A stretch of DNA of 64,000 nucleotides from positions 5,490,270-5,554,269 of the forward strand of contig MU054212.1 of NCBI GenBank assembly GCA_013239625.1, read 5' to 3'. Under the pieces are notes generated by a model, which was not told where the DNA came from, did no database searches, and saw only the letters and a program-made list of their open reading frames with translations. Shown here in pieces: positions 53,077 through 64,000 of this stretch. The DNA is from Lama guanicoe. Taxonomy: Eukaryota. A program made the translations under genes and the position numbers. Numbering within the stretch: position 1 is the stretch's first letter; each line of letters opens with the position of its first letter.

Positions 53077-56000
53077 GACTCAAGCAGGAAAAAAAAAAAA
53101 AGGAAAGCAAAAAGAGACTTTCTAAGTAATTGAGTTTCAGGCACATATCCAGATAAATGATACAGAGTGAAGCATCAGAAGAGTTCTGGGTTTGAGATGG
53201 ACTCGTGCACTTATGTGGTGAAGACATTTTATCAGAGCCACTTACCAGCTTTGTGTTATCCTGGAGCAAACACCAAGCTAACGCAACTACCCTTGCCTGC
53301 CTGGACGTACAACGTCCCACATGATAGATATTTGCCGTACAATCTCTTTGACTTGGGGGAAGTTTGGAAATCAATGTTTTCCTAATACTGAACTACCATT
53401 TCACTCATTTAATTAACAGAGAGTCACAGAAAAGCATAACAAAGTAATTAGATCTCACTTCCCATTTTATCGAAGAAACATGCACCCGAAGAAGGAGTTG
53501 CATGATTTATTTAAAGGTGCCGATGAGTTCTAAAAAGGTTGAGATTAAAAACTCAGAATTTTAAACACCTATTCCTTTCTCTTAAAAGAATTTTATGGAG
53601 CTAAATTAATCTGTTAAACTCAAAATGGTTCAAACCCATAGTGTTGGATTTTTCTTTCCTGCTTAAACCTATGATGCACTGGCAGGTTTTAAATTATTAT
53701 TATTATTGGAAGAAACAGTACACCTAATTATAACCATAAAAAACAACACTGTATCTACAAGTTAAATCCTGTTCTAGTTTTTAGGAAACAATCCAAATTA
53801 TTTTACTGCAAACAATCAATGAACCATGTAGAGCTTCAGAAATACTTTCACTAATTGGAAGTTTTTTAAATGATATTTATTCTCATAAGATTTCTGTGTT
53901 ATTCAGAAAGGAGGAATTTTAATTACTGATTGTTTAGGTGAAAATTTTGTATGAGATAAGGGAAATGTTAAAATAATTAGATATTGCTATTTTTTATTTA
54001 AAAAATAAAGAAAATACAGGCTTCAGGCCAGACTGCAATGTTACGTTTAAAATATAACGAAGACTCAGTTTGGTGTTCATTGTGCAAAGACTGACTTCGA
54101 CTGGGTCTGTGGCAGGAGGAAGAGGGAACAGCTTGGCTTGCTACAAAATGAACAGTTTACTTGGTTTAGCCACCCTTGCACTCATGAGACCATTGTTTGA
54201 AATATTTCATTTGGTATGTCTAGTAAATTGATTACTTTTTTGTAGTCTAGCTAGCACATGAAAATTTACCCAATGATAAATTCTGTGTGCTGACGTAAAC
54301 TGTAAAGACCAAAATTACATGAGTGCACTCAATTATAATATGAAATGATGAAATATTTTTTCTTTTTTTTTTTTGCAATTCAATCATTTACTGTGAGTAT
54401 ACTACGTTCATCGTAAGCTTGACATTATAAAGGCTAAGATTCAAAGATTTTTTTTCTCACAGGTCCGTAAATCTCCAAAAAACCTAATGCCAGTGAACTT
54501 TTCTTGTTATTTCATTTTATTAATGTCCCCTGATTTTATAAATAACAAATGCTTTTTGTAAAGTGAAAACACAAACATAAATGAAGAAATATTTCATCTG
54601 GAGATCACCATCTAACATTTTAGTATATTACATGGAGTCTTACAAAACATAAGAATATGAATTTGGAAATAACACTGACCTGGAGAATTGTCCTACTTTT
54701 TAATTAATACTATATTTTATGACTTATTTAATTAAATAGCCTTCAAAATAAAATAATTGCATGATATTCCATTATCATCATCACAATAATGGCCACATTT
54801 ATTCTCATAAGATGTCTATATGTGGTAGGCAAAAAAGAGGAATTTAAATGACTGATATATTGATGAGCCAGGCACTAAGACAAGGATCTTTATATGTATT
54901 ACTTCATTTACTCCTATTTTGTCCCCACTTTGTATGTAAGAAAGCTGAGGCTTCCTTGGCTTATCAAGATTCTTCAGTTAGTGAGAACAAAGTTGAAATC
55001 TGGATTCACGTCCTTCAGACCACGAAGTCAGTGCCCCTGGTCAGTATGTCCATTATCCCCAGTTACGGTACCTTGTATCACAGTAACACATTACAAATCA
55101 TTTACCTTCCTATCATGGGACACTTAGTTTATTTCCAGTTATCCACATATTTCACGTCACTGAGATAAGCATCCTTGCACATATGGGGAATCTCTACACC
55201 ATTATCTTACCTTTTCAGTATAAATTATTTTTATCTGACTTGGCTGTTAATTTTGCATCAAAGTTCTGTCTATTGGTCCCCACACCCCTCCTTTCAACTC
55301 TGGCTTTTAGGACCTCATGTCCTTGGTTTCTAGAAATTTTCCAGTTGGCCCACTTTCCATGGAAACACTCCTTGAGCTGAAATCTTGACTTTTCCCCATA
55401 GCCCTTCTCTGTTTCATAGGCATCTCTGAAGGTTGCTGCCCTCCTGATCATCCAGTGAGCCTTTCCTGTCACCTTACCTGACTTGGCTTCCACACACAGC
55501 ACAAGGGCTGCCAAGTAGCTGCCACCTCGTGGACAGAGTCACATGTTGCACCTGGTGTTGACTTTCCTGGTCCCTTTGTCTCGGGAGAATTGACAATCCA
55601 GATTTGTTTTTGGACTGAAGCAACATAATCTGCACACATGTTACCGGCTAGCAGCATTCACGTGTGTGGCGAAATTGGTTCATTTGTACTGAGTGTTTAC
55701 TGAGTGTCCTCGTCCCATGATACTAGTTCCCCTCCATGTGGTTGGCAGGAATCACGGCGTACAGAGTACATTCTAAAATGGTTACTTTACTGAATTGTGG
55801 AATTTTACTAATCGATGTATTTCCACTCTTTGGTACCTTCCTAGCATCTTGCTTAATGTAGCTTGTATAAAGAAGCAAACTTGAAATACTTCAGTTTCAT
55901 AAACTCCCAAATAATCACCTAATCCTAAAGTTACTAATCCCTATCCGTGGCTCTCGAACGTTAAAGGATGTAAAAGTGACCAAGGAAACTCATTAAAAAG

Positions 56001-59000
56001 TGCAGACTCTGCAAACTTCTTCCCAATAGCCTGCCACCCCTGTGATGCTGGTTCAATAGGGATCTTAGTTTTAACACACGCCACGGCTGGTTGATTCTGA
56101 TGCAGATGATCTGTGAACCACACTCTTAAAAAGCAGCGCAAATAAATATTTCAGCAAGTTCACACGAATATTTGTCAACTGTGAAAGAAAGAGCATTTTG
56201 CTCTCTCCTCACTCCTGCATCCGAACATAACCGAAAAAGAGCTGGCACCTTGTAGCAACTCCGCGGTGCTAACCTCTTGGCTCCACCCAGATTTTCTGCA
56301 AGGGCACAAGGGACAGTCACAAAGAAGCTAAAGAATGACACAAAACAGCCCCAGAATTTTCCCTTGCACCAAGTACTATTACAAACAGAAGCCCACCAGT
56401 GAGAGCCTTCTCTTGGTCTCCTATGTATCTAGAATTTAGAACACACAATGGGTTTAAAAGTAAGGAATATGCCTCAAAGCCGTGACACAGTAATATTCCT
56501 CTATAACATAAGGTGTAGGTTTTTAAAAATAAATAAGATCAAACTGTTCTGCTTACCTAACTCTGTATTAAAGCGCTTGCTTCCTTTTTTATGTGTGACC
56601 TTTTTAGCATCACGTTTTGTTTTACACGAAGACTGTATATCACGTTTCATTTAAAATGCTGCTGAGTGATGCATTAATTTGCTTCCACTGAAAAAGTTCA
56701 ACGAAAGTGACTTAATTTGCTCCTTAGTTTGGTGGAGCAAGGGAGGTGGGGTGGAGGGAGAAGACCTTTCTGGGTGGGAAAACCAGGATCTCGTTTTTTA
56801 GGATTTCTGTCCTCAGACTGAAACCCAGACCCAGAAGAGAGGAAATAATAGAGGAAAGCCTATGAATGATTTAAAAAAAAAAAGGCAAAAAACCCAGAAG
56901 CAAAACCGTGCTGCTGTGTACTCAGCCTTGCCCACCTATTAGCTGAATAGGTTTGTTCCTTACAAGCAGTTGAGAGAACAGTAGGGCAGGGCTCCATCTC
57001 CTCTGGCATCTTCCAGGAGATGCTGTGAGCTCACGGTACCAGCCATCGCCTCCCAGGCTCCCAGCCGCACATTCCTTTTCCTTCCCTCTGGTCTTCTCCG
57101 GAGGCTGTCTTCTCTCTTGCTGCCCACTGTGGTTACAGAATGCTCTCGCACTGACTCGGGGAAGCTCTCAGATCCGCTCCAACTTCCTTGCCTTCTGGTT
57201 CCTCAAGATACTTCTTGAGTCAAGGCCTGACTTTCAACAGTTTGTAATTCACTTGGCTTTGGCAAACCCATACGGATCATTTCCTGGATTCCTAAAATGC
57301 AAGTGACTGCTGTTTCTCCTCAGGGGCTCAGTGGGTTGCTCTTTAGCAGGTTATTATTTTGGCTACAGTGTTGGAACGTGTCGATAACGAGAGGATGATC
57401 AGAGATGTGATTTTTCATGTTGGTCAGTGAGTTTCACGTTGAGGGAAAAATGGTTCTTTAGGCAAAGTTGCAGCCTAATCTCAGTCACGCGCCTACTGCA
57501 CATATGAACTCATTCAGCCACCCATCGCTCGCAGAACAGGCATATTGAGAACCGCCCATTCTATGCGCTGGGCGTACAGTATGGAAGCAGACGGACAAGA
57601 ACTTCCGAGGGTCACGTTCAGTGTGGTGCAGCTGCTGTCTTCGTCCTGCTGAAGCAGCATTTTGTAGGGGGATCTCTAAGAGTTTGCCTCCTGAGGTGCC
57701 AGATGGTTTATTGGGAATTTTATCTGCTTTTCATTTAAGCCTCAAGATGTATCACACTGACTTGTGGGCTATGGATACAATTTGTAGCTTCCTGAGTACC
57801 ATACATAAGAGACTTAGACACTATTACAAGCCATGGAGTTCCCAAGGGCCATCACAGATGAAGCACTGATCCAGCTTCTGGGAACAATGAATGGGAACAC
57901 CATGGCAAGATGCCAGCTGTGGAGCAAAGTGGAGCCTGGAGCTGTGATCATCCTTAACTCTGGCGTCCTCTGCTCCTATGATAATAGGAGCAGCCAACAT
58001 ACTACTAAGAGCTAACTCAGGGCCAAGTTAACTCTTTTTAACACCGACAACAAAACTAAGAAGTAGGCTCCTCCAACCCTCTCAACACGGGTCATGCAAG
58101 CGAGGAAACCAGACCCCAAGTCTGAGTGACTTCTCAGTCCCACAGCCAATCAGGGCGGAGCTGGGCGTTTACGTCATCAACACAGTCTCTCTGGAGTGTT
58201 TGCACTTAGGATACCATGGTGACTGCCCAGTAGACTTAAACTCCCAGGGGAGCCATGTTTTGCCTCTGAGGCAAAGCCATTCTCCAGCAGAACAGCTAAG
58301 AGAGCAGCTAAGGCTGGGCTTGACGGGGGATCTTAAGCACACGTGATTTTTATAGGGGTTCAGAATCAGCGCCCATTTTAAGTGAATGTCCTTCTTTCCA
58401 TCCAATGTGAACAAAGTAGTTTCATAGTGTTTCAAGCAAAGCAATCCTTTGCAGATGCTTCAGCAATTTCTCCCACGTATGTTCTGAGCCACTGGATATG
58501 TAAGATTCGGTTGTCAGGTGATCATTAGGAACATATGCTCAACTGACAAATATTCTAAAGTCAAAAAAAGAAAACCTTTTTCACTATCCTATTTTCTTCA
58601 CTGATTTTTGTTAATATGAAATGGGTTGTACATGTGACTTGTTGAGAATTATTTAGTTTTATTTAGAGTATCTTTTTTTAGGTGGACCACTCTGTGTGAT
58701 TTTCATGCTTAAAAACCAGCTTTTATTCAAATGTTTCACAGCCACCCTAGGAAAGATATATTATTATTTCCCATTTTATGATGAAAAAGCCACAGAGAAA
58801 TTATGCAACTTAACCAATATCCCATAGCATCACAAGCTTTAGAATAGTAAAATTAGATAAATGTGGCGGTAACAACGGACCAATTACCTCTCCAAATCAA
58901 ACTCTGAAATTCTAAAAAACGTAGAACAGGATTCTAAAAAAGAGACTCACTTCTCTAAATAAGAAAAATACAATCCCACAAGCTCATATCACACACATGA

Positions 59001-59078
59001 TTAACAAACACACTGATTTTTAAAAACTATTTGGTTTACTTTATCATAACTATTAATATACAAGAATTTTATACATAA

Positions 59079-59084
59079 TTTATT
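59079..59084 (-). terminator. DSC2: Candidate DSC2 polyadenylation signal
   Basis: AATAAA on the minus strand about 1.6 kb after the stop, near the end of an AT-rich UTR-like stretch; not demonstrated. Confidence 0.4.
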
Positions 59085-60685
59085 AAAAATAACTTTGAGA
59101 AATAGTATTTTTGACTGAGCAGTAAACTATAGAAAAGATAAACTGATTAGTGAATAAATTACCCAATGTTAATCCTTAAAATTAATTGTTATAAGCCAGC
59201 CTTGTGAATTCAAACTAGTCATGGTATTACCAATCCTAAATATTAGAAATACATTTAAAATGTTCATATGGTTAGTATACATAGAAAATTCACTGACTAA
59301 AATAAGGTGTGAAACCAAGCCGAGGAATCTGGTTGACTATTTAATTTAATTTTGTCTTACTCTTTCAAAATTTAAATAGTTTGGACAACTTCCACATTTG
59401 TTAAAACCTGTAATCTTAAAATATTAAAAAAAAACCTTTACAAACACATAGACATAACTAGCCATCTCTTCTAAAGATTATAAACAGTTATTCCTAGAGA
59501 GTTTGCACAATCCCTGTATTTCAAAGCTTATTTCAAAACCATCACTATTTTGCATTCATAAACTGTACCCTTGCAATAATGAACTGCAAATATACTATTA
59601 TATACTAAACAGCCACATCCCAATTTTAATTACACTATTCCTCGTTAACATAGAATGCTGCAGCTAATAAAAGCATGACATATTTCTACAGTTCAAAGGC
59701 AAAATTAAAGCTTCTTTGTTGAGATAATGAAGCAATTACTAAGGTACTTGAAACAAAATCAACATTACATTGATTTCAAGAAAAACCAAGAATATGTGTG
59801 CTTGCATAAAACAGAAATGCAGAATATCCCACTTTATAAGAAAGAAGGCTTTTAAAAATATTTAGATTCTCCAACCCAAGTAGGAATTCAAAAACAAAAA
59901 GAAAAGAAAGAGAGAAAGGAAAAAAAGAGAGGGAGATGGGGAAAGAAGGGGGGCGGGGTGGGGGAAGAGAGCGAGAGAACCAAAGACCAAAATCTTGCAG
60001 GAATAAAAATACATTCTTAAAGCATTTTTTTAAACTTAAATTTTGTGGAGAAGATGGGTAACAGAAATGTAGATTCAGTGCTGGATTTCACAGGGAATAC
60101 AAGGTAGAAACTAAATAAACTCCACCAAAATGGAATTATAGTAACAGTCAGTGTTTGGAGGGGAAGCCCCCTTTGCATTGTGAAGAAAGGCCATGTTACA
60201 AGACTAAAAGAGGATCAAGAATGCAGTTTATACACTTCAGAATATTTAGGAGAACAGCAGCCTTCAAGCACCACACAATTAATTGATCGGGTAACTGAAG
60301 ATAATGTTAAAGCAAGGTGTCTACAATTTTCCATCCAGTTATATTTCAAGTAGTCTATAAATTAATGATATTTTATTGCACTATGAATTAGCTGCTGTCA
60401 TTATACCCAAAAGTAAACAAAAACACAGACTTTCTTAATTTTTCTATCTGCAGGTGTCCAAAGGTGGAAAGCAAGTAATTAAAAACTATGTCAAGATCAG
60501 GAAATTTGTGTACTTATTTACAGCATCTCTCTGTAAATGTGCATTTGACTAAAGAGATCCCATCAAAAAAGGGGGAAAAGCCTGAAACATAGCATTTTCT
60601 ACTTTTAAAAAATCCTGGCTCTTGTAATAATAATAATAAAAAAGAAAAGAAAGCCATTGGCTTTTGTAGACTAATTGGAACGCAC

Positions 60686-60883
60686 TCATCTCTTCATGCA
60701 TGCTTCCGCTAATGTCCTAAATTTGGGTTCCAAGTGATCCAAAAAGTCAAGCCCATCTTCTTCTTGCCGTTCACTGCAACAACCCACAGAACCAGCGGTC
60801 GAGCCCCTCCCTTCGTACTTATATGTAAGGACGTAGTCTTGGGCATGCGTGTGATCGGTATCCTGGTCACACAGCCGGAGTCT
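60686..60883 (-). CDS. DSC2: Desmocollin-2 terminal exon (a-form)
   Basis: [69 protein letters not shown]; 198 nt; the ORF track shows a different frame. Confidence 0.96.
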   Translation of the reverse strand, partial: RLRLCDQDTDHTHAQDYVLTYKYEGRGSTAGSVGCCSERQEEDGLDFLDHLEPKFRTLAEACMKR

Positions 60884-60971
60884 CTGCCGAGAGGAAAAAA
60901 CACAACATATCTTATTATTATTATCTTAAACACCAAAGCTTATTAGCATAAAAATAATGGCTTTGATTTAC

Positions 60972-61017
60972 CTTTCATTGTTTAATTTTTAATCAGAGTG
61001 TGTCCTCTAATGGATTC
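60972..61017 (-). CDS. DSC2: DSC2 b-form cassette exon (46 nt, stop at 60982-60984)
   Basis: ESIRGHTLIKN-stop, the known Dsc2b ending; TAG/GTAAAT. Confidence 0.95.
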
Positions 61018-61566
61018 CTACATGTAAAAAACGCACATGATTGGTCTAGATCATAAATCACACCATCAATTCACTATATAAGCATGTTTCTAAAAGTCAC
61101 ACATGTGGCAGCAAGAATACAAGTGTTCGTTTTCAGTCATCATGGCTTCCCCTTTCAAAATTATGGCTATAGGGAAATGCATCCACTAAACTGAACACGG
61201 ATGATGTGGGCTCAGAGCTTTCCAGAGACGCAGAGTGACTGCAAGCTGGAATCACCTTGGGCCACACTTTTGGTTTTTAAGCCACAACATGTCTGATGGG
61301 AAATGGTAACACACAAAGTCACGAGAAAAATCATTTCAATATGGTCTCATTATTTCAGTAAGAATTAAAAACCAAACAAAATTTCCACCAAACACCTGAA
61401 TCAAAAATTAAGGAAGAATGCCCGAAATCAAACTTAAGGAAGAACAAATTTCCAATGAGTAGATTAATAATTAATTGAAAAGGAAGGTCAGATCACTAAA
61501 TTGTAATCATTTAGAAAGTGGAAAAGAGATCAAAATAGATTTGTAGGACACTTAGGGAAAACTCAC

Positions 61567-61857
61567 TTCACCAAGACGGGGCTGAGTAAAAGAATACCAC
61601 TCTGAGTGAGCGTATTTGCAGTTTTCCGCCACGACTTGTCCGCCTCTGCAGGAATCCAGGGTGTGCTGTCCACCTCCCTTACACGACTCCAGGGTGTGAT
61701 GCTGCCCGGCCCCCCGGCACGATTCCAAGGTCTGATGTCCTCCTTTCACCATTTCAATGGTCTCCTGGCCTCCGCCTTTCACTCCTGAGCCCATGGTGCC
61801 ACAGATGCCCTGTGCTGAACTGCCCACAGTATGGGCTGAGAAGCCATTGGTGGAACA
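61567..61857 (-). CDS. DSC2: DSC2 exon 15 (291 nt)
   Basis: [25 protein letters not shown]...[21 protein letters not shown]. Confidence 0.96.
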
Positions 61858-63113
61858 CTGAAAGGAAACAGTTGGCGTTGGGGAAATATGGAGGACCAAA
61901 AAATGAGAAAAAGAACAAACCATGCAGACAATGCTGCGCATTTTCACTCTAGAAGGTAAGCATTCTGAGGGCAAGAACTAGGTCTCTCTTGGCAACCCTG
62001 GTACCGAACTGAATGCTGTAACCCTAGCAGTTCATGCAGTGTGCAATGCGAAAAGCAAATTGCAGATGTTAAGTGGTCCGAAACGAGACAAATCAAAAAG
62101 CTGAACGTATATGTCTTCTTTAAAAACTTCTCAGGCAACTGTACAACTTCATTTATTGAATCTTTCCAGCATCTCACACCTCAAGACCAAGATTCCACAC
62201 TATTGTCTCACATAGATATACCCCGCTTGGTTTAAACTCATTCCCAGCACCTGACGGACACAGAAACAGGCAGAGGAATCGGCACTTGTTTTTGCTGTCT
62301 AATTGAGTTCCCCTTCAACTAAAACAAAAATAATAGAAATAGAAGTTGTCATAGAAGTCTTGGCAGCAATACTAAATCCCTGTGATCTAATTACATAAAA
62401 ATAAATCAGCCAAGGAAATAAGAACACCAAACCTCTGGCCATTGATTTTCTATGTCGTGTTTTTGAAGGAAGCTCTAAGTTTTATTTTTTTTCCCAGTAC
62501 TTTCCTAGAGGCCAACATCCTTTTGTTTTCTAAATCCTTCCTGCTCTAACCATCGATATGCATTTCGTAGGGAATTTACTTGTTCCTGATCCACATACCA
62601 GGCTGCAAATCAAAGCTGAAGCAGTGTTAGCATTACTCTTTCATATATCTGCCCTCAGGCTTGTTTCTAACCTACATTAGACCCTGAAAGCCTCCATTAA
62701 AGTTCTTCCCACACTGACCAAAGCCTGTAGTCGTTTTATTGCTGTGGCCAGAAAAAAATAAATAAAACCATTATGCTGATGATCTGTGAATAATTAAATA
62801 CAACATTTTTACAGTACAACTGGCAGTTTCAATATATAAAAAAGACTGGGCCCAAAGTTGAAGCCATGAAACACTGGAAATAGAACATAATAATGACACC
62901 TCGAAGGATTTTTCCTAAGTAACACTATATGGCCAAATTGAAAGGGCACATATCCCCATGGGGTCAGTGTCATTTTATCTGTCCCCTGGGACGGATGACA
63001 CTTCATATATTGTAAGTTACCTGATTTCAAAACAACTTTGCCGGAAAAAGACAATTATAGTTGGTTAGGCCAATTTATCCTTTGTATTTATTTTGAAAAG
63101 ACAAATGGTTTAC

Positions 63114-63238
63114 CACTCTGTCGTCGCCGGGAGCTTCGGTGTTTGACACGATGAGATTCTGCTGGGCTAAATCATCAGGAAATACTTTCGGCTTTTTGGC
63201 CGCCCCAGAAGCCCCACAAATTAAGGTAAACAGGATAC
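63114..63238 (-). CDS. DSC2: DSC2 exon 14 (125 nt)
   Basis: (C)[41 protein letters not shown]. Confidence 0.96.
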
Positions 63239-63609
63239 CTGGTGGATGAGAAATTACTTCCACTTATCATAAAGCAATGTTGTGAATTTATGATGACAAA
63301 TAGGAAGACAACTTTCCAGAAAACATAAATATCATTGCTTGTGTCAAAGCAACACCCCATAGCAAAGCCTGCCTTAACCAGATATGCCACAAATAACGCA
63401 CTAAACGCTCTATTTCTGACTTGAATTTTATGTCTATGCTGAGACAGCACCAGAACTGTATCCAAAGGCACTTTCAATATATAAGTTAGTGTATTCAATA
63501 GAAATATAGCTATATACAAATGAACAGCCATAGATATCAGTGTTAATTCTAAGACTATGTCCTGAAAGTTGTTTCAAAGGCCATCATTCAAAATCATGAA
63601 AGGACTTAC

Positions 63610-63846
63610 AAAATAGCAGTGCGATGCCCAACAAAATGGCAAGGATGGCCCACTTTCCAAGCATCACTCCTCCGTTGTCAGTCCGTGGACTGACACGAAG
63701 GTTGCAGTCATTTTCGGTAACACAGTCACACACTGCAACCTTTACTTGAGTGACAAGTGACTGGCCAAGTCTATCCGTAACTCTGATAGGTACTGTGTAT
63801 TGTCCAAACTGGGGGTCATTCAGATAGGAGAGCCGGGCTGCTGTAT
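63610..63846 (-). CDS. DSC2: DSC2 exon 13 (237 nt); gene continues beyond the window
   Basis: (D)[27 protein letters not shown]...CDCVTENDC...[17 protein letters not shown]. Confidence 0.96.
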
Positions 63847-64000
63847 CTGAAAGAAAATAAAAACAAGTGTTATAGACTGTGATGGTTTCTCCCGAGGATG
63901 GATTCCTAGTGACAGGGGGTCATCATGTTTCCCTACAAATGGGTATTCCTGATGGGAATGGCACAAATGCTGCAAGACTGTAAATGTGAACGGGTAGAGG

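Noticed and set aside
60709..60946. ORF-track peptides over the DSC2 last exon
   Set aside because: Wrong frame or strand; the true frame begins at the acceptor at 60883.
1..64000. CRISPR array, operon or other prokaryotic-type system
   Set aside because: No regularly spaced repeat-spacer array and no intronless gene cluster; the window is explained by two spliced cadherin genes and mammalian repeats.

Overview
Mammalian genomic DNA from the desmocollin cluster. Three copies of a tRNA-derived Vic-1-like SINE suggest a camelid. The minus strand carries a complete DSC3 gene: ATG at 43988 in a CpG island, stop at 8438, an 897-aa a-form and an 840-aa b-form via a 43-nt cassette exon. It also carries the last five exons of DSC2 (63846 to 60686). 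All exons were mapped by hand to AG/GT boundaries with consistent phases. The rest is intron or intergenic DNA with L1, L2, MIR, MER DNA transposons, SINEs and two solo LTRs. The main anomaly is a near-perfect 1340-bp tandem duplication containing the whole 122-nt DSC3 exon 14. It overlaps a 90-bp tandem duplication. Splicing in both exon copies would frameshift and truncate DSC3 just after the membrane span, so this is either a recent loss-of-function allele or an assembly artefact. I found no support for a new multi-gene system. Repeat family names and comparisons with human or cattle sequences are from memory, not database searches.
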